From the NCBI GenBank assembly GCA_964532425.1, contig CAZHIA010000005.1, forward strand, positions 2,772 to 66,771: a stretch of DNA of 64,000 nt. Direction: 5' to 3'. The position numbers and the translations under genes are program-made. Under the pieces are notes generated by a model, which worked only from the letters and a program-made list of their open reading frames with translations, was not told the DNA's origin and searched no databases. Origin of the DNA: an uncultured Candidatus Saccharibacteria bacterium (GTDB taxonomy: Bacteria > Patescibacteriota > Doudnabacteria > UBA920). This document shows positions 44,023 to 53,300 of the stretch, in pieces; position 1 is the first letter of the stretch, and each line of letters begins with the position of its first letter.

Positions 44023-45417
44023 ATGGCCGATAATTCTACAGTGCACCGGATCCTCCCCCAGAACTTGGAAGCCGAAGGGTCCCTGCTGGGTGCCTTGCTG
44101 CTCGACAAGGACGCCTTGATCAAAGTTGCCGACTTGATCAGTCCCGAAGATTTTTACGATCCGAAAAACAAGCTCATCTACCAGACTATTCTGGCTTTGT
44201 TCGGGAAGAACGTTTCTATTGATATTCTGACTGTCACCAACCTGCTGGAAGAACAGAGCCAGCTGGAAAAGGTCGGCGGAGCCACCTACCTGACCAACTT
44301 GGTCAACATGGTGCCGACCGCGGCCCATGTGGTGCATTATGCACACATCGTCCGGAAAAAGGGCACATTGCGCCGGCTGATCCAGGCTTCTAATGAAATA
44401 TCCAGCATTGCGTATCAGGAAGAAGGCGAAGTTGAACAGATTCTCGACCAGGCAGAACAGCAGCTCTATGCTATCTCGCAAAAGCAGATGAAGCAGAACT
44501 TCGTGCCGATCAGCAGCATTCTGCACCAGACGTTCGAGAAAATCGACGAATTGCACCGCGACCAGGGCAAGCTGCGCGGCGTCCCGACCGGCTTTTATGA
44601 TCTGGACCAGAAGCTCGGCGGCTTGCAAAAGTCAGACTTGATCATTCTGGCAGCCCGGCCTTCCATGGGAAAGACCTCTCTCGCTTTGGACATTATGCGG
44701 CACATTGGCGTCAACTTAAAAGTTCCCGTAGGTATCTTTTCCCTGGAAATGAGCAAAGACCAGTTGGTTGACCGCTTGCTTTCATCGCAGTCCAATGTTG
44801 ACGGCTGGAAGATCCGTACCGGCCACCTCAACGATGAAGATTTTGAAAAGATCGGCGAAGCCATGGGTTTGCTGTCCGAAGCTCCCATTTATATCGATGA
44901 CGCCGCCGGCAGCAATATTATGGAAGTGCGCACCAAAGCGCGCCGGCTGCAGGCCGAACACGGTGTCGGTTTGATTGTCGTTGACTACTTGCAGCTGATG
45001 AGCGGCCACAGCACTGACAATCGCGTACAGGAAGTCAGCGAGATCTCCAGGTCTCTCAAAATTCTGGCCCGCGAACTGAACGTGCCGGTTATTGCCTTGT
45101 CTCAGCTGTCCCGCAGCGTGGAAAACCGTCCCGACAAGGTTCCGCAACTATCCGACTTGCGCGAATCGGGTTCCATTGAGCAGGATGCGGACGTGGTCAT
45201 GTTCATTTACCGCGAAGACATGTATAAAGGCAAGGACAGCCGCAAGCCGAACATCGCGGAAATTCACATCCGCAAGCATCGCAATGGGCCGACCGGCGAA
45301 GTGGACTTGTTCTTTGATGGACAAAAAACCTCGTTCCGAAACCTGGACAAGACGTTTGATACGTCCCCTCAAGCCGTCATGGAAAGCATGGCAGGGCCGG
45401 AGGGAGCGGCCCAGTAA
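44023..45417 (+). CDS. dnaB: replicative DNA helicase
   Basis: Walker A ARPSMGKTS, Walker B IVVDYLQLM, N-terminal DnaB domain. Confidence 0.9.
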   Translation: MADNSTVHRILPQNLEAEGSLLGALLLDKDALIKVADLISPEDFYDPKNKLIYQTILALFGKNVSIDILTVTNLLEEQSQLEKVGGATYLTNLVNMVPTAAHVVHYAHIVRKKGTLRRLIQASNEISSIAYQEEGEVEQILDQAEQQLYAISQKQMKQNFVPISSILHQTFEKIDELHRDQGKLRGVPTGFYDLDQKLGGLQKSDLIILAARPSMGKTSLALDIMRHIGVNLKVPVGIFSLEMSKDQLVDRLLSSQSNVDGWKIRTGHLNDEDFEKIGEAMGLLSEAPIYIDDAAGSNIMEVRTKARRLQAEHGVGLIVVDYLQLMSGHSTDNRVQEVSEISRSLKILARELNVPVIALSQLSRSVENRPDKVPQLSDLRESGSIEQDADVVMFIYREDMYKGKDSRKPNIAEIHIRKHRNGPTGEVDLFFDGQKTSFRNLDKTFDTSPQAVMESMAGPEGAAQ

Positions 45418-45420
45418 GAT

Positions 45421-45526
45421 ATTGAACAAAATTTAAATAATTGACAAAATTGACAAAATTTTGAATCAAGAATGCAGTTCAATTTTGTCAATTTTGCTCA
45501 ATTTTGTCATTTATGTCAATTAACTT
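45421..45526. promoter_or_regulatory. E2: near-identical copy of E1, abutting the recR ATG with no SD
   Basis: Left half ATTGAACAAAATTTAAATAATTGACAAAATTGACAAAATT. Right half GCAGTTCAATTTTGTCAATTTTGCTCAATTTTGTCATTTATGTCAATTAACTT. Confidence 0.65.
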
Positions 45527-46132
45527 ATGGCTAAACTCCCCTCTTCGCTCGACCGTTTAATTCGTGAGCTCTCCAAGCTTCCGGGTATTGGTCCAAAAAC
45601 CGCCCAGCGGCTGGCTTTTTATCTGCTCAAAAAAGATACTATAGACCTGTCTTCCTTGTCTCAAGCCATAGCTCAGGTCAAAAGCGGTATTGTATACTGC
45701 AGCATCTGCCACATGATGGCCGATTCAGACCCGTGTGCCATAGATAAGGATGACCGGCGCGACAAGCAGTTGGTCTGCGTGGTAGAAGAAACTCTCGATG
45801 CAGTAGCCATCGACAAGACCGGTCAGTATAATGGCGTTTTCCATGTGCTTGGTGGCGTACTGAATCCGTTAGAAGGAATCGGTCCTGAACAACTCCAGAT
45901 TGGCTCTCTGCTGGAGCGCATCGGCAGTCAGAATATACGCGAAATCATTATTGCCACCAATCCTACGCTCGAGGGTGAAACGACGGCCATGCATTTGGTC
46001 AAGGCTGCCAAAGAGCAATACCCGGACGTCAAAATTACCCGCATTGCGCGCGGCTTGCCCATGGGCGGAGACCTCGAATATGCGGATGATATCACTCTGA
46101 CAAGGGCATTGGAGGGACGGAGAGAATATTAG
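45527..46132 (+). CDS. recR: recombination protein RecR
   Basis: HhH motif, C4 zinc finger CSICHMMADSDPCAIDKD, Toprim domain. Confidence 0.9.
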   Translation: MAKLPSSLDRLIRELSKLPGIGPKTAQRLAFYLLKKDTIDLSSLSQAIAQVKSGIVYCSICHMMADSDPCAIDKDDRRDKQLVCVVEETLDAVAIDKTGQYNGVFHVLGGVLNPLEGIGPEQLQIGSLLERIGSQNIREIIIATNPTLEGETTAMHLVKAAKEQYPDVKITRIARGLPMGGDLEYADDITLTRALEGRREY

Positions 46133-46163
46133 ATCGCAGATCTTTTCTGCACGCAGATTACAC
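46132..46163 (+). repeat. 32-bp post-stop element, copy 2
   Basis: GATCGCAGATCTTTTCTGCACGCAGATTACAC, overlapping the recR stop. Confidence 0.6.
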
Positions 46164-46311
46164 AGATGAAGTAAAATCAAAATGCTTTTATCAGAGTAAT
46201 CTGTGATCTTTCTTGACACATTTGACATCTTTGTGTACGATATAAACACAATCAGCCGGGCGAGAAATGGCTGATTTAAATTATTCGCAAATTTTTTCTC
46301 AGGAGGAAAAA

Positions 46312-46686
46312 ATGACAGCAGCTGTAGAAGTGAAGGATTCGACCGTGCGGCCTGGTGAAGTCTTGCGACTTATCACGAGTAATGGGCACAAACGGCTCGT
46401 AACAGCTGATGATCCTTCGGAAATTCGGAAGGTCATTTCCATCCCCCGCGACCAGGTTGATGTGGAAAAGCGGCAGGAGCAGCCCCATACTGTGATCAAG
46501 AAAATGATCAAGGTCAATGGCAAGGCTATTGCTGCGGCTTTCGTGCTCACCCCTCTGGAAGAATCTACCACGGATTCCTCCAAACCCCGTTATCGTCTGA
46601 CGATGCTCATCTCGCGAAACGGAAAATTGGTCAATCTCATGAGTCTCCCGGATGGCACACTTATCGAATTACCAAGATCTCGCTAA
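46312..46686 (+). CDS. hypothetical protein (124 aa)
   Basis: AGGAGG 5 nt before ATG 46312. Upstream are two TTGACA boxes 10 bp apart. Confidence 0.5.
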   Translation: MTAAVEVKDSTVRPGEVLRLITSNGHKRLVTADDPSEIRKVISIPRDQVDVEKRQEQPHTVIKKMIKVNGKAIAAAFVLTPLEESTTDSSKPRYRLTMLISRNGKLVNLMSLPDGTLIELPRSR

Positions 46687-46754
46687 CCTCAGGCAGGGCC
46701 CGCCTTTACGGCCCTGCTTTTGAATTTCACAAATTCTACTAAGTTTAATTACGA

Positions 46755-46782
46755 AAAAACCCACCTTAGGAGGTGGGTTTTT
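46755..46782. terminator. bidirectional terminator
   Basis: AAAAACCCACC-TTAGGA-GGTGGGTTTTT. Confidence 0.65.
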
Positions 46783-46829
46783 CAGCGTAAGTTCTGCGTT
46801 GCAGTCACTTTTCGCGTATAATCAGCGTT

Positions 46830-47135
46830 CTAGGCTTTGGTAATAACTACCTCAGTGTACTGCTGGCGATGCCCGATCTTTCTGCGATATTTGCTTTTGG
46901 CTTTGAACTTCAGGACGTGGACTTTGTCGCCTTTGCCTTGCTTGATGATGGTGGCTTCCACGGCAGCTCCGGAAACGGTGGGTTTGCCGACCTTGAGGTC
47001 AGTACCGTCAAATGTCATGAGGACTTTGTCGAATTTAACCGCGGCATCCTTTTCTCCAGCGAGTTTTTCTACCTGGATCTTGTCACCGACGGATACCAAA
47101 TACTGTTTTCCGCCAGTTTCGATGATTGCAGACAT
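46830..47135 (-). CDS. rplU: 50S ribosomal protein L21
   Basis: MSAIIETGGKQYLVSVGDKI... is canonical L21. No rpmA follows. Confidence 0.9.
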   Translation of the reverse strand: MSAIIETGGKQYLVSVGDKIQVEKLAGEKDAAVKFDKVLMTFDGTDLKVGKPTVSGAAVEATIIKQGKGDKVHVLKFKAKSKYRRKIGHRQQYTEVVITKA

Positions 47136-47154
47136 ATTGTAAATGCTTAATTGA

Positions 47155-47319
47155 TATAGGGCTTACGCGTTTCGCCCAATGCAAGAAAAAACAGGGCGAA
47201 ACCCTCAAGGGGCTTAACCAACTACTTCGTTATTTTGTTCCGCTTGACCTCACCGTAGGTGAACTACGCCTCGGTCAATGCTCGCAAAATGCCTCGTATT
47301 TGGCTAAGCGCGTAAGCCC
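47155..47319. repeat. ~165-bp MITE-like element (terminal repeats GGGCTTACGCG / CGCGTAAGCCC), copy 1
   Basis: ~70% identical to 53095-53253. Conserved blocks GGGCGAAACCC, CAAGGGGCTTA, CGTTATTTTG, CTACGCCTCG, CAAAATGCCT. Confidence 0.7.
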
Positions 47320-47547
47320 TGACTAATTTATATAGGGTATTTGGATTCTATCAAAAACCGGGGAAAAAGTCAACAGGAACAAGCTTGTAGGTTGTAGTTT
47401 ATAGTTTGTAGATCATACGCCAAGACATGAGCCATATAGTGCAGGCCACGGGCCTGCTATACGGAGAGTGGAAAAGAAAAAGCACCACCTTGCGATGGTG
47501 CCAAAGTTGGCCATTGCCTTATTGCTTACCAGTCCCCGACGCTGGAC

Positions 47548-48447
47548 TTACGGCCGGATCTGGGTGAAGATTGCCGGCAGGGCCGATGTCTTGTTGCGCA
47601 GTTCATAGAGACTGGCAGCGAGCGCCCAGCAGGGGTCGCACGTCCGCAGATGCTCTTGGGCTTGCTCGGAAAGAATAGTGCTTTCCGTAAAATTTGCAAG
47701 CTCATACGGCTGGAGGCAGTCCTCTGTTGGGTACTTGCTTTCTTGAACCCGCTTCCAGTCTTCGTCCATCAGCTGCCGTGCGCTTTTGGCTTGTCCGGTA
47801 CGCTCGCGCAATTCCACAGAACTACGGAGATACGCGAGGTGTACGCGGGTCATGCCGTCTTGCGCCAGCTGATCGAGTTCTTCGCGGGAAACATCGGTCC
47901 GATGAAGTAACTGGTGGAATTCGATCGCTTTGGGTAAGTTTTGGCTGGCGGCGGTGTGGTAATGTTTGAGCGCTTTGAGCCGGAAGCGGAGGATCTCGAT
48001 GATGTGCGGGAAGCGGGCCGCTTCGCGGAACAAAATTTCACAGTCACTCTCCGCGCTCTCAATGAGCAGGCTGGCGATCTTGAGCTCATCAGCCCGTCTG
48101 GAGATCTGTGTGCGTTGCAGATTGTGATAGAGTTCTTGTTCTGCAACGAGCAGGCTCAGTGGCGGATCCGGACGCCTGGAAAGCAGTGGGACCGGAAGCG
48201 TGAGGAACATTTCTTTAAGCTTAGCTTCAGCCGTTTGTTCCTTTGATCGCAGAAAGTGAAACCTGGGTTTAGCTTTTTCTGCGCCACTGATGCGATAGAA
48301 ATCGTCTAACTGGGACAGAGCCTTTTGGGCTTGCACCTGGTCTAGCCCCGAAAACCGGCAGATATCTTCCAAAGTGCCAGAACCTAACGCGCGTAAGGCA
48401 CCCAGGATTTTGTACTCGTTCAAGTCTGCTGCCTTGGTAAACAACAT
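47548..48447 (-). CDS. hypothetical protein with N-terminal wHTH-like segment and C-terminal HxxxCxxC
   Basis: EYKILGALRALGSGTLEDICRFSG and HLRTCDPCW. Confidence 0.45.
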   Translation of the reverse strand: MLFTKAADLNEYKILGALRALGSGTLEDICRFSGLDQVQAQKALSQLDDFYRISGAEKAKPRFHFLRSKEQTAEAKLKEMFLTLPVPLLSRRPDPPLSLLVAEQELYHNLQRTQISRRADELKIASLLIESAESDCEILFREAARFPHIIEILRFRLKALKHYHTAASQNLPKAIEFHQLLHRTDVSREELDQLAQDGMTRVHLAYLRSSVELRERTGQAKSARQLMDEDWKRVQESKYPTEDCLQPYELANFTESTILSEQAQEHLRTCDPCWALAASLYELRNKTSALPAIFTQIRP

Positions 48448-48609
48448 GTATTCCTCCTGTTCAGATTACCGCGTATCATAGCTTACATTTTGATCGCGGT
48501 CAATAGCTGCTTCTCAAGTGATTGATTCACCTCCATGGTCGCTATGGAGGGAAAATAAGAAGACACCGGGCATACGAGCTCGGTGTCTAGATCGGGCCTC
48601 ACGGCGCGA

Positions 48610-48855
48610 TTAAATGTTCACGGTGCGATGCAGCAGTCCGGGTGAGATCTTGTCGCCGGCATCGATTTGTCCGAGTACTGGTTCGGCGGCTTTGAATCTC
48701 TCCCTTAGGCGCACGGCTGACATCTCGCGAAGATGCAGATTTTTGCGCGCCGGATCGGCGTCGGTCTCGGAGCCGTCCATTTTGCCTCTGCTGCGCTGGT
48801 GGCGCAGGAAGATATCGATACGATCATGAATGTCCATGCTGCCGTCTGACTGCAT
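48610..48855 (-). CDS. hypothetical small protein (81 aa)
   Basis: AAGGAGG 7 nt before comp. ATG. Downstream terminator hairpin 48567-48594. Confidence 0.5.
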   Translation of the reverse strand: MQSDGSMDIHDRIDIFLRHQRSRGKMDGSETDADPARKNLHLREMSAVRLRERFKAAEPVLGQIDAGDKISPGLLHRTVNI

Positions 48856-48968
48856 TATAATGCCTCCTTGGGGCTGGTGATGTCCTCTGCTTTGAGGATG
48901 TTCGCCTGCCTGCCGAAGCCTTTTCTATTGCTACCGAGTTTTACTTACTTCATTTTGTGAAGAAAAGG

Positions 48969-50066
48969 TTAGGCGGTGGGATCACTTGGCTCTGGCAAGC
49001 GGGGGTGCTGGTGTTTGTAAATTACCACAACAGCAATGGCTAAAGCAAGCATGACACAGAATAGAATAAGTAAGGTAATGAGCTTGCCGAGGGACTGCAG
49101 AAAAACGGCAGAAAATCCAAAAATCGCGGATATGGCATAGAGCACCAAGACCGCCTGGCGCTGGGAAAGCCCAATATCGAGCAGTCGATGGTGCAAATGT
49201 TTGCGGTCGCCTTTAAACGGGCTTTGTCCGTACCAGAGCCGGCGTACGATGGCCCAGGCAATGTCCAAAATCGGAATACCCATTACAATTAGCGCGGTGG
49301 CAATCTTTCCTCCGAGAATAATGGACAGCACACCGATCATAAAACCTGCAAACGTGCTCCCCCCTTCCCCTAAGAATATCGTTGCGGGATAGAATGCGTA
49401 CACGAGGTAGCCCAGGAATGCCCCAGCCAGGATGATGGATAGTGTTGCCGTAATCGGCTGATTGATGCGCTCCGTGAGCGATAATGCAAAAATAGTCAAT
49501 GACGCGATGAGGGTAATGCCACCGCAGAGTCCGTCGATGCCGTCTAAAAATTTGGTAGTAAAAGTCATGCCCATCATCCAAATCCACATAGCGAAGTATG
49601 AGAATGGGATGCCGAAAACCATAAAGCCGATATTGATGGGATTGCCGAACGGGTTGGAAATGAACTTGATGCCCACTCCGATACCCGACAGGACGACTAT
49701 GAGCGAAGCGATAGCCGGGAACAACCACAGGATTTTTGGCTTCAGTACGTACTTGTCATCCAGAAAACCCCCGATCATCAGCACTGCTCCCCCGCCGAGA
49801 ATAGCCTCGAAAAATTTTTTGGGTACGACGGAATAGTCAGGATGCCCGAAGTTCATATAGGCCAGTACGCACAGCAAAAAGGTTGTGTACACCGCCAAAC
49901 CGCCGAGCAGTGGCGTGGGGGTTTTATGGATTTTGCGCGGTTCTTTGGGAATATCCAAAATTCCGGTCCGCCGAGCCGTCAGCCTGATGAGCGGGGTGAC
50001 AATAAGTGCGAGGACCGCCGCAGCTAGGAAATAAAATAAATAATACAAAGTCATTGAACTATTCAT
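48969..50066 (-). CDS. GT4-family polyprenyl-phosphate N-acetylhexosamine-1-phosphate transferase (WecA/TagO/MraY superfamily)
   Basis: FLDGIDGL and GDRKHLHHRLL motifs. 10-11 TM helices. Confidence 0.75.
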   Translation of the reverse strand: MNSSMTLYYLFYFLAAAVLALIVTPLIRLTARRTGILDIPKEPRKIHKTPTPLLGGLAVYTTFLLCVLAYMNFGHPDYSVVPKKFFEAILGGGAVLMIGGFLDDKYVLKPKILWLFPAIASLIVVLSGIGVGIKFISNPFGNPINIGFMVFGIPFSYFAMWIWMMGMTFTTKFLDGIDGLCGGITLIASLTIFALSLTERINQPITATLSIILAGAFLGYLVYAFYPATIFLGEGGSTFAGFMIGVLSIILGGKIATALIVMGIPILDIAWAIVRRLWYGQSPFKGDRKHLHHRLLDIGLSQRQAVLVLYAISAIFGFSAVFLQSLGKLITLLILFCVMLALAIAVVVIYKHQHPRLPEPSDPTA

Positions 50067-50913
50067 TGTGCAGGGCTTTTATTCTTTGGTTTTCCTCGAT
50101 ATATTCCGGCGAGTAATAATATTCGAACGTGCGTGGAAACAATGCAGGTGCCACATTGTAATTATGCAGTGCATTAAGCAAGTCCTGATATCGGTGGTAA
50201 AGCGCTTGGGAATCCTCGTCCAAGTTGATGCCATCATCCGGGTGCAAGGATTCAAGATTCATGAGAATACCTGCTACAATTTCAGTCTTATCGCAGAGCC
50301 TGACGAGATGGCTGTCAATGCGTTCGTCTTCAATTTCAAGCACTTTGTTGCCGGCGATCTCGATCTGTTTCGGCTGCTTAAGTTGAATGAGGTTGTAAGT
50401 GAGATCGCTCAGGTCGTCACTAATGTTGCCAGGATCGGCATACCAATAATTTCCATCGGAGGTTTGAACAATGCCAGCCACGTGCCGGGCAGGATTGGCA
50501 TAGATGTAAGAGATGCTGGCGCGCTCCATGAGCCGCTGCATGAGCATCGTTTGGCCGGTACAGTTGACCTTGCCGGTTTCCTGGATGATCTTCGGGAAGG
50601 AACCACACTTCATATAGTCCAAGCCTTTGAGCTGGACGAGCGCTGCTTTGCAAATTTCCAACTCTTCTTCGGTTGACTTTCCGGGATTTTCCCAGCCTTC
50701 AGGCAGCTGAATGCCGAGCTGGTCGATTGTTTGATCAATCGCGGGCTGCAGGGAGTCATACAGCGCGCTGACAATCTGGTCCCTGTCGCCGCTTTCCAGG
50801 TCCCCTGCATCGCATCCAACAATCTCGCGCCATACTTCAGCCGTTGTTTTCAATGCTTCCCGTTTTTGCAGTTCAGTGGCTTCTGTTTCGAAATAGAAAT
50901 TTTCGTTTTGCAT
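50059..50913 (-). CDS. hypothetical protein (284 aa)
   Basis: ORF overlapping the WecA-like start by 8 nt (operon). Confidence 0.5.
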   Translation of the reverse strand: MQNENFYFETEATELQKREALKTTAEVWREIVGCDAGDLESGDRDQIVSALYDSLQPAIDQTIDQLGIQLPEGWENPGKSTEEELEICKAALVQLKGLDYMKCGSFPKIIQETGKVNCTGQTMLMQRLMERASISYIYANPARHVAGIVQTSDGNYWYADPGNISDDLSDLTYNLIQLKQPKQIEIAGNKVLEIEDERIDSHLVRLCDKTEIVAGILMNLESLHPDDGINLDEDSQALYHRYQDLLNALHNYNVAPALFPRTFEYYYSPEYIEENQRIKALHNE

Positions 50914-50989
50914 TTTGGTGGTGTAGCGAGTCGATTTATACGTCCCATGGGTCGCTTAGGACTTATATGTCCTATCGATCCCATTCATC

Positions 50990-52648
50990 CTATTGCTCAA
51001 CTATTTGCATTTCTTTCATAGCAAGGCCGGTATTCTCTCCTTTGCGCGCCTTGGGAGTGACCCAGAATTCCAGATACCACCCGAACATTAAGCGCGTTTG
51101 GGCTTCAATAGCTGGCAAGCTGGTGAACAGTGTGGTGGTAATGGGAACCAGGAACCATTGCAAATACATCATAACACTCCGCCACACACTGTACTTTTTC
51201 GGCCGCGGCGGCAAAAGGATAAGATTGATGTATACGGAAAAGATTAGAAAGAATGTAGCCACGGTCATCAGCGTTTTGGTGGCCAGTGGCAAGTTAAAGG
51301 CTAGTACGCTGCCTAAAAATTCATTGTTGCCCAAAAATAACGGGAGCCAGCCGAGCATGGAAATAAGAATGCTGGCGGTAGCCCAGTTGAAATTGCCTTC
51401 CACATACTGATAGAGCTTGTACATTCTGTCCCAGAATGGCGCTTCCGATTTGAGCAATTGCGGGATGAGATGCGGGTAGTACTCGACGTTGTATGCCCAG
51501 CGCCGCTTCTGCTTATATTGGTTTTTGAGAGTCTGCCACGTGGTATCAGCCAGGCAAGTATCGAGCGAAATGGGAATAAACAGCGGGACCACCTGGTAGT
51601 CACCCTTAAAATGCAGATAGCACTGCCAGTAGATATACCCATCTTCGTTGACGATATCCTTTTTCCAATAGCCGACTTCCTTTAGGGCTTTGAGGGTCAT
51701 GGTGTGAGAGGAAAACGTGCGGAGGCGGTCAGGACGGCTGCTTTCCGTGAACTGGAAGAAAGAATTGGAAACGGAGACCACGCGGATAATAGCCGGGCTG
51801 TCCCAAATGTTGTTATTATACAGGGCAATCGGCTGATAGCTGCTCTGGTACGGTTTCTTCGCAGTCAGGAATTCGTACATGACGCGGGCAAAGTACTGCG
51901 GATGGACAATCGTATCCGAGTCGAAATTGGATACCAGTACCTGTTCGTCAGTAATACCGAGCCGCTCGAGTTCAGGCAGGACTGTTTTGACTGCATAACT
52001 GGCATTGGCGCTCTTGCCTTTGATTTCGCCTTCCAGTCCGTCAGGATGGGCCGTAATAAAGAACTGGAAAAAGTCTTGTCCATATTTCTCTTTGGCCTGA
52101 ATGCCTACTTGCTCCGCATTCTTTCCTGCGCGCTCCTCCCGTGCGAGCAGGATCATAATCTTGTCTTTGGGATAATTGGACCGCTTGATGGCATCCAAAG
52201 TCGAGTTCAGTACCTCCAGACTTTCATCCACGAACGGAATAAGAACCAAATGGTAGTAGCGGGTGTAATCGGCTCCGGTTTTACCCGAGGCTATGAGATT
52301 TCCGAGACGAGCGGTTTCCTGTTCTAGATAGTCGCGTTCGACTTGGGTGTGGACGTTTGGCCGCAAAGATTCCAATGTTTGGCGCAATTGTGAAAAATCT
52401 GCCAATTCTTCGGCGCGCTTCAGCCAATTGATGGTAACGAAAACGCGAAATTTCCGGTAGCTGGCAACCAAATGGCTGGCGACATTCAACGCCTTCAATA
52501 CCCAATAAAGGTCAAAGCAGATAATAAAGATCGCGGCCACTACCGGAGCATAATACGAAAGCAGGACTGAGCCTAAAAATACCATCCAGAATTGCAGTCC
52601 TGGCAAAATTTCCCACACTCTTTCGGATACGGAACGTTTTCTGAACAT
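50990..52648 (-). CDS. processive family-2 glycosyltransferase (cellulose/chitin/hyaluronan-synthase-like, QxxRW)
   Basis: QKRRWAYN motif, D/DxD context, N- and C-terminal TM clusters. Confidence 0.7.
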   Translation of the reverse strand: MFRKRSVSERVWEILPGLQFWMVFLGSVLLSYYAPVVAAIFIICFDLYWVLKALNVASHLVASYRKFRVFVTINWLKRAEELADFSQLRQTLESLRPNVHTQVERDYLEQETARLGNLIASGKTGADYTRYYHLVLIPFVDESLEVLNSTLDAIKRSNYPKDKIMILLAREERAGKNAEQVGIQAKEKYGQDFFQFFITAHPDGLEGEIKGKSANASYAVKTVLPELERLGITDEQVLVSNFDSDTIVHPQYFARVMYEFLTAKKPYQSSYQPIALYNNNIWDSPAIIRVVSVSNSFFQFTESSRPDRLRTFSSHTMTLKALKEVGYWKKDIVNEDGYIYWQCYLHFKGDYQVVPLFIPISLDTCLADTTWQTLKNQYKQKRRWAYNVEYYPHLIPQLLKSEAPFWDRMYKLYQYVEGNFNWATASILISMLGWLPLFLGNNEFLGSVLAFNLPLATKTLMTVATFFLIFSVYINLILLPPRPKKYSVWRSVMMYLQWFLVPITTTLFTSLPAIEAQTRLMFGWYLEFWVTPKARKGENTGLAMKEMQIVEQ

Positions 52649-52724
52649 GAATTATTTGAATAGTAATAAATCTGAGAGGTTGTCTGAAAAATCGCCTTCG
52701 TAGCGAAGTTTCGATCGAAACCTC

Positions 52725-53069
52725 TCAGCTGAATCTCGAAATAAACATTACGGCTATAAGCAGCACAAGCTGAACCCCGGCGCTGACAAATGCGCTCAAG
52801 AAGGACAGAAAACGCTGTTCGTTCTTTAGCATCCTGAAAAAAATAAAATTAGCCACGGCAATAGCCAGGCCAGCAGCGGGAATATTGTACATAGTTATCC
52901 CCTTGCCGTATAGGTCAACACCGGAAAGAACGTTGTAATGCAGAGCCAACGTAGCATCAGTTGGGTGAATTTTGTAATAAATGAACAAAAATGTTATAAT
53001 ATTAAGGCTCAAGGCAACGAGCCAGAGAAACAAAATATTGTCCAATAATCTAAAAAATCGATTAAGCAT
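52725..53069 (-). CDS. small membrane protein (114 aa)
   Basis: Three hydrophobic helices. Confidence 0.45.
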   Translation of the reverse strand: MLNRFFRLLDNILFLWLVALSLNIITFLFIYYKIHPTDATLALHYNVLSGVDLYGKGITMYNIPAAGLAIAVANFIFFRMLKNEQRFLSFLSAFVSAGVQLVLLIAVMFISRFS

Positions 53070-53094
53070 ATACTGCCTGAATAATGTATCTTTA

Positions 53095-53253
53095 GGACTT
53101 ACGCGCTTCGCCTAAAACATAGACACTCGGGCGAAACCCACAAGGGGCTTACCGGCTGGTTGCGTTATTTTGCTCCGGTTTTGCTCACCGCAGCTTGCTA
53201 CGCCTCGCAAAATCCTCACAAAATGCCTTGCCAGCGGGTAAGCGCGTAAGTCC
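53095..53253. repeat. ~160-bp MITE-like element, copy 2 (GGACTTACGCGC / GCGCGTAAGTCC)
   Basis: Homologous to 47155-47319. Confidence 0.7.
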
Positions 53254-53300
53254 TAAGCTTGTCAGTATTATACTAAAAACAGGCGGTTTAAGGCAATTGT

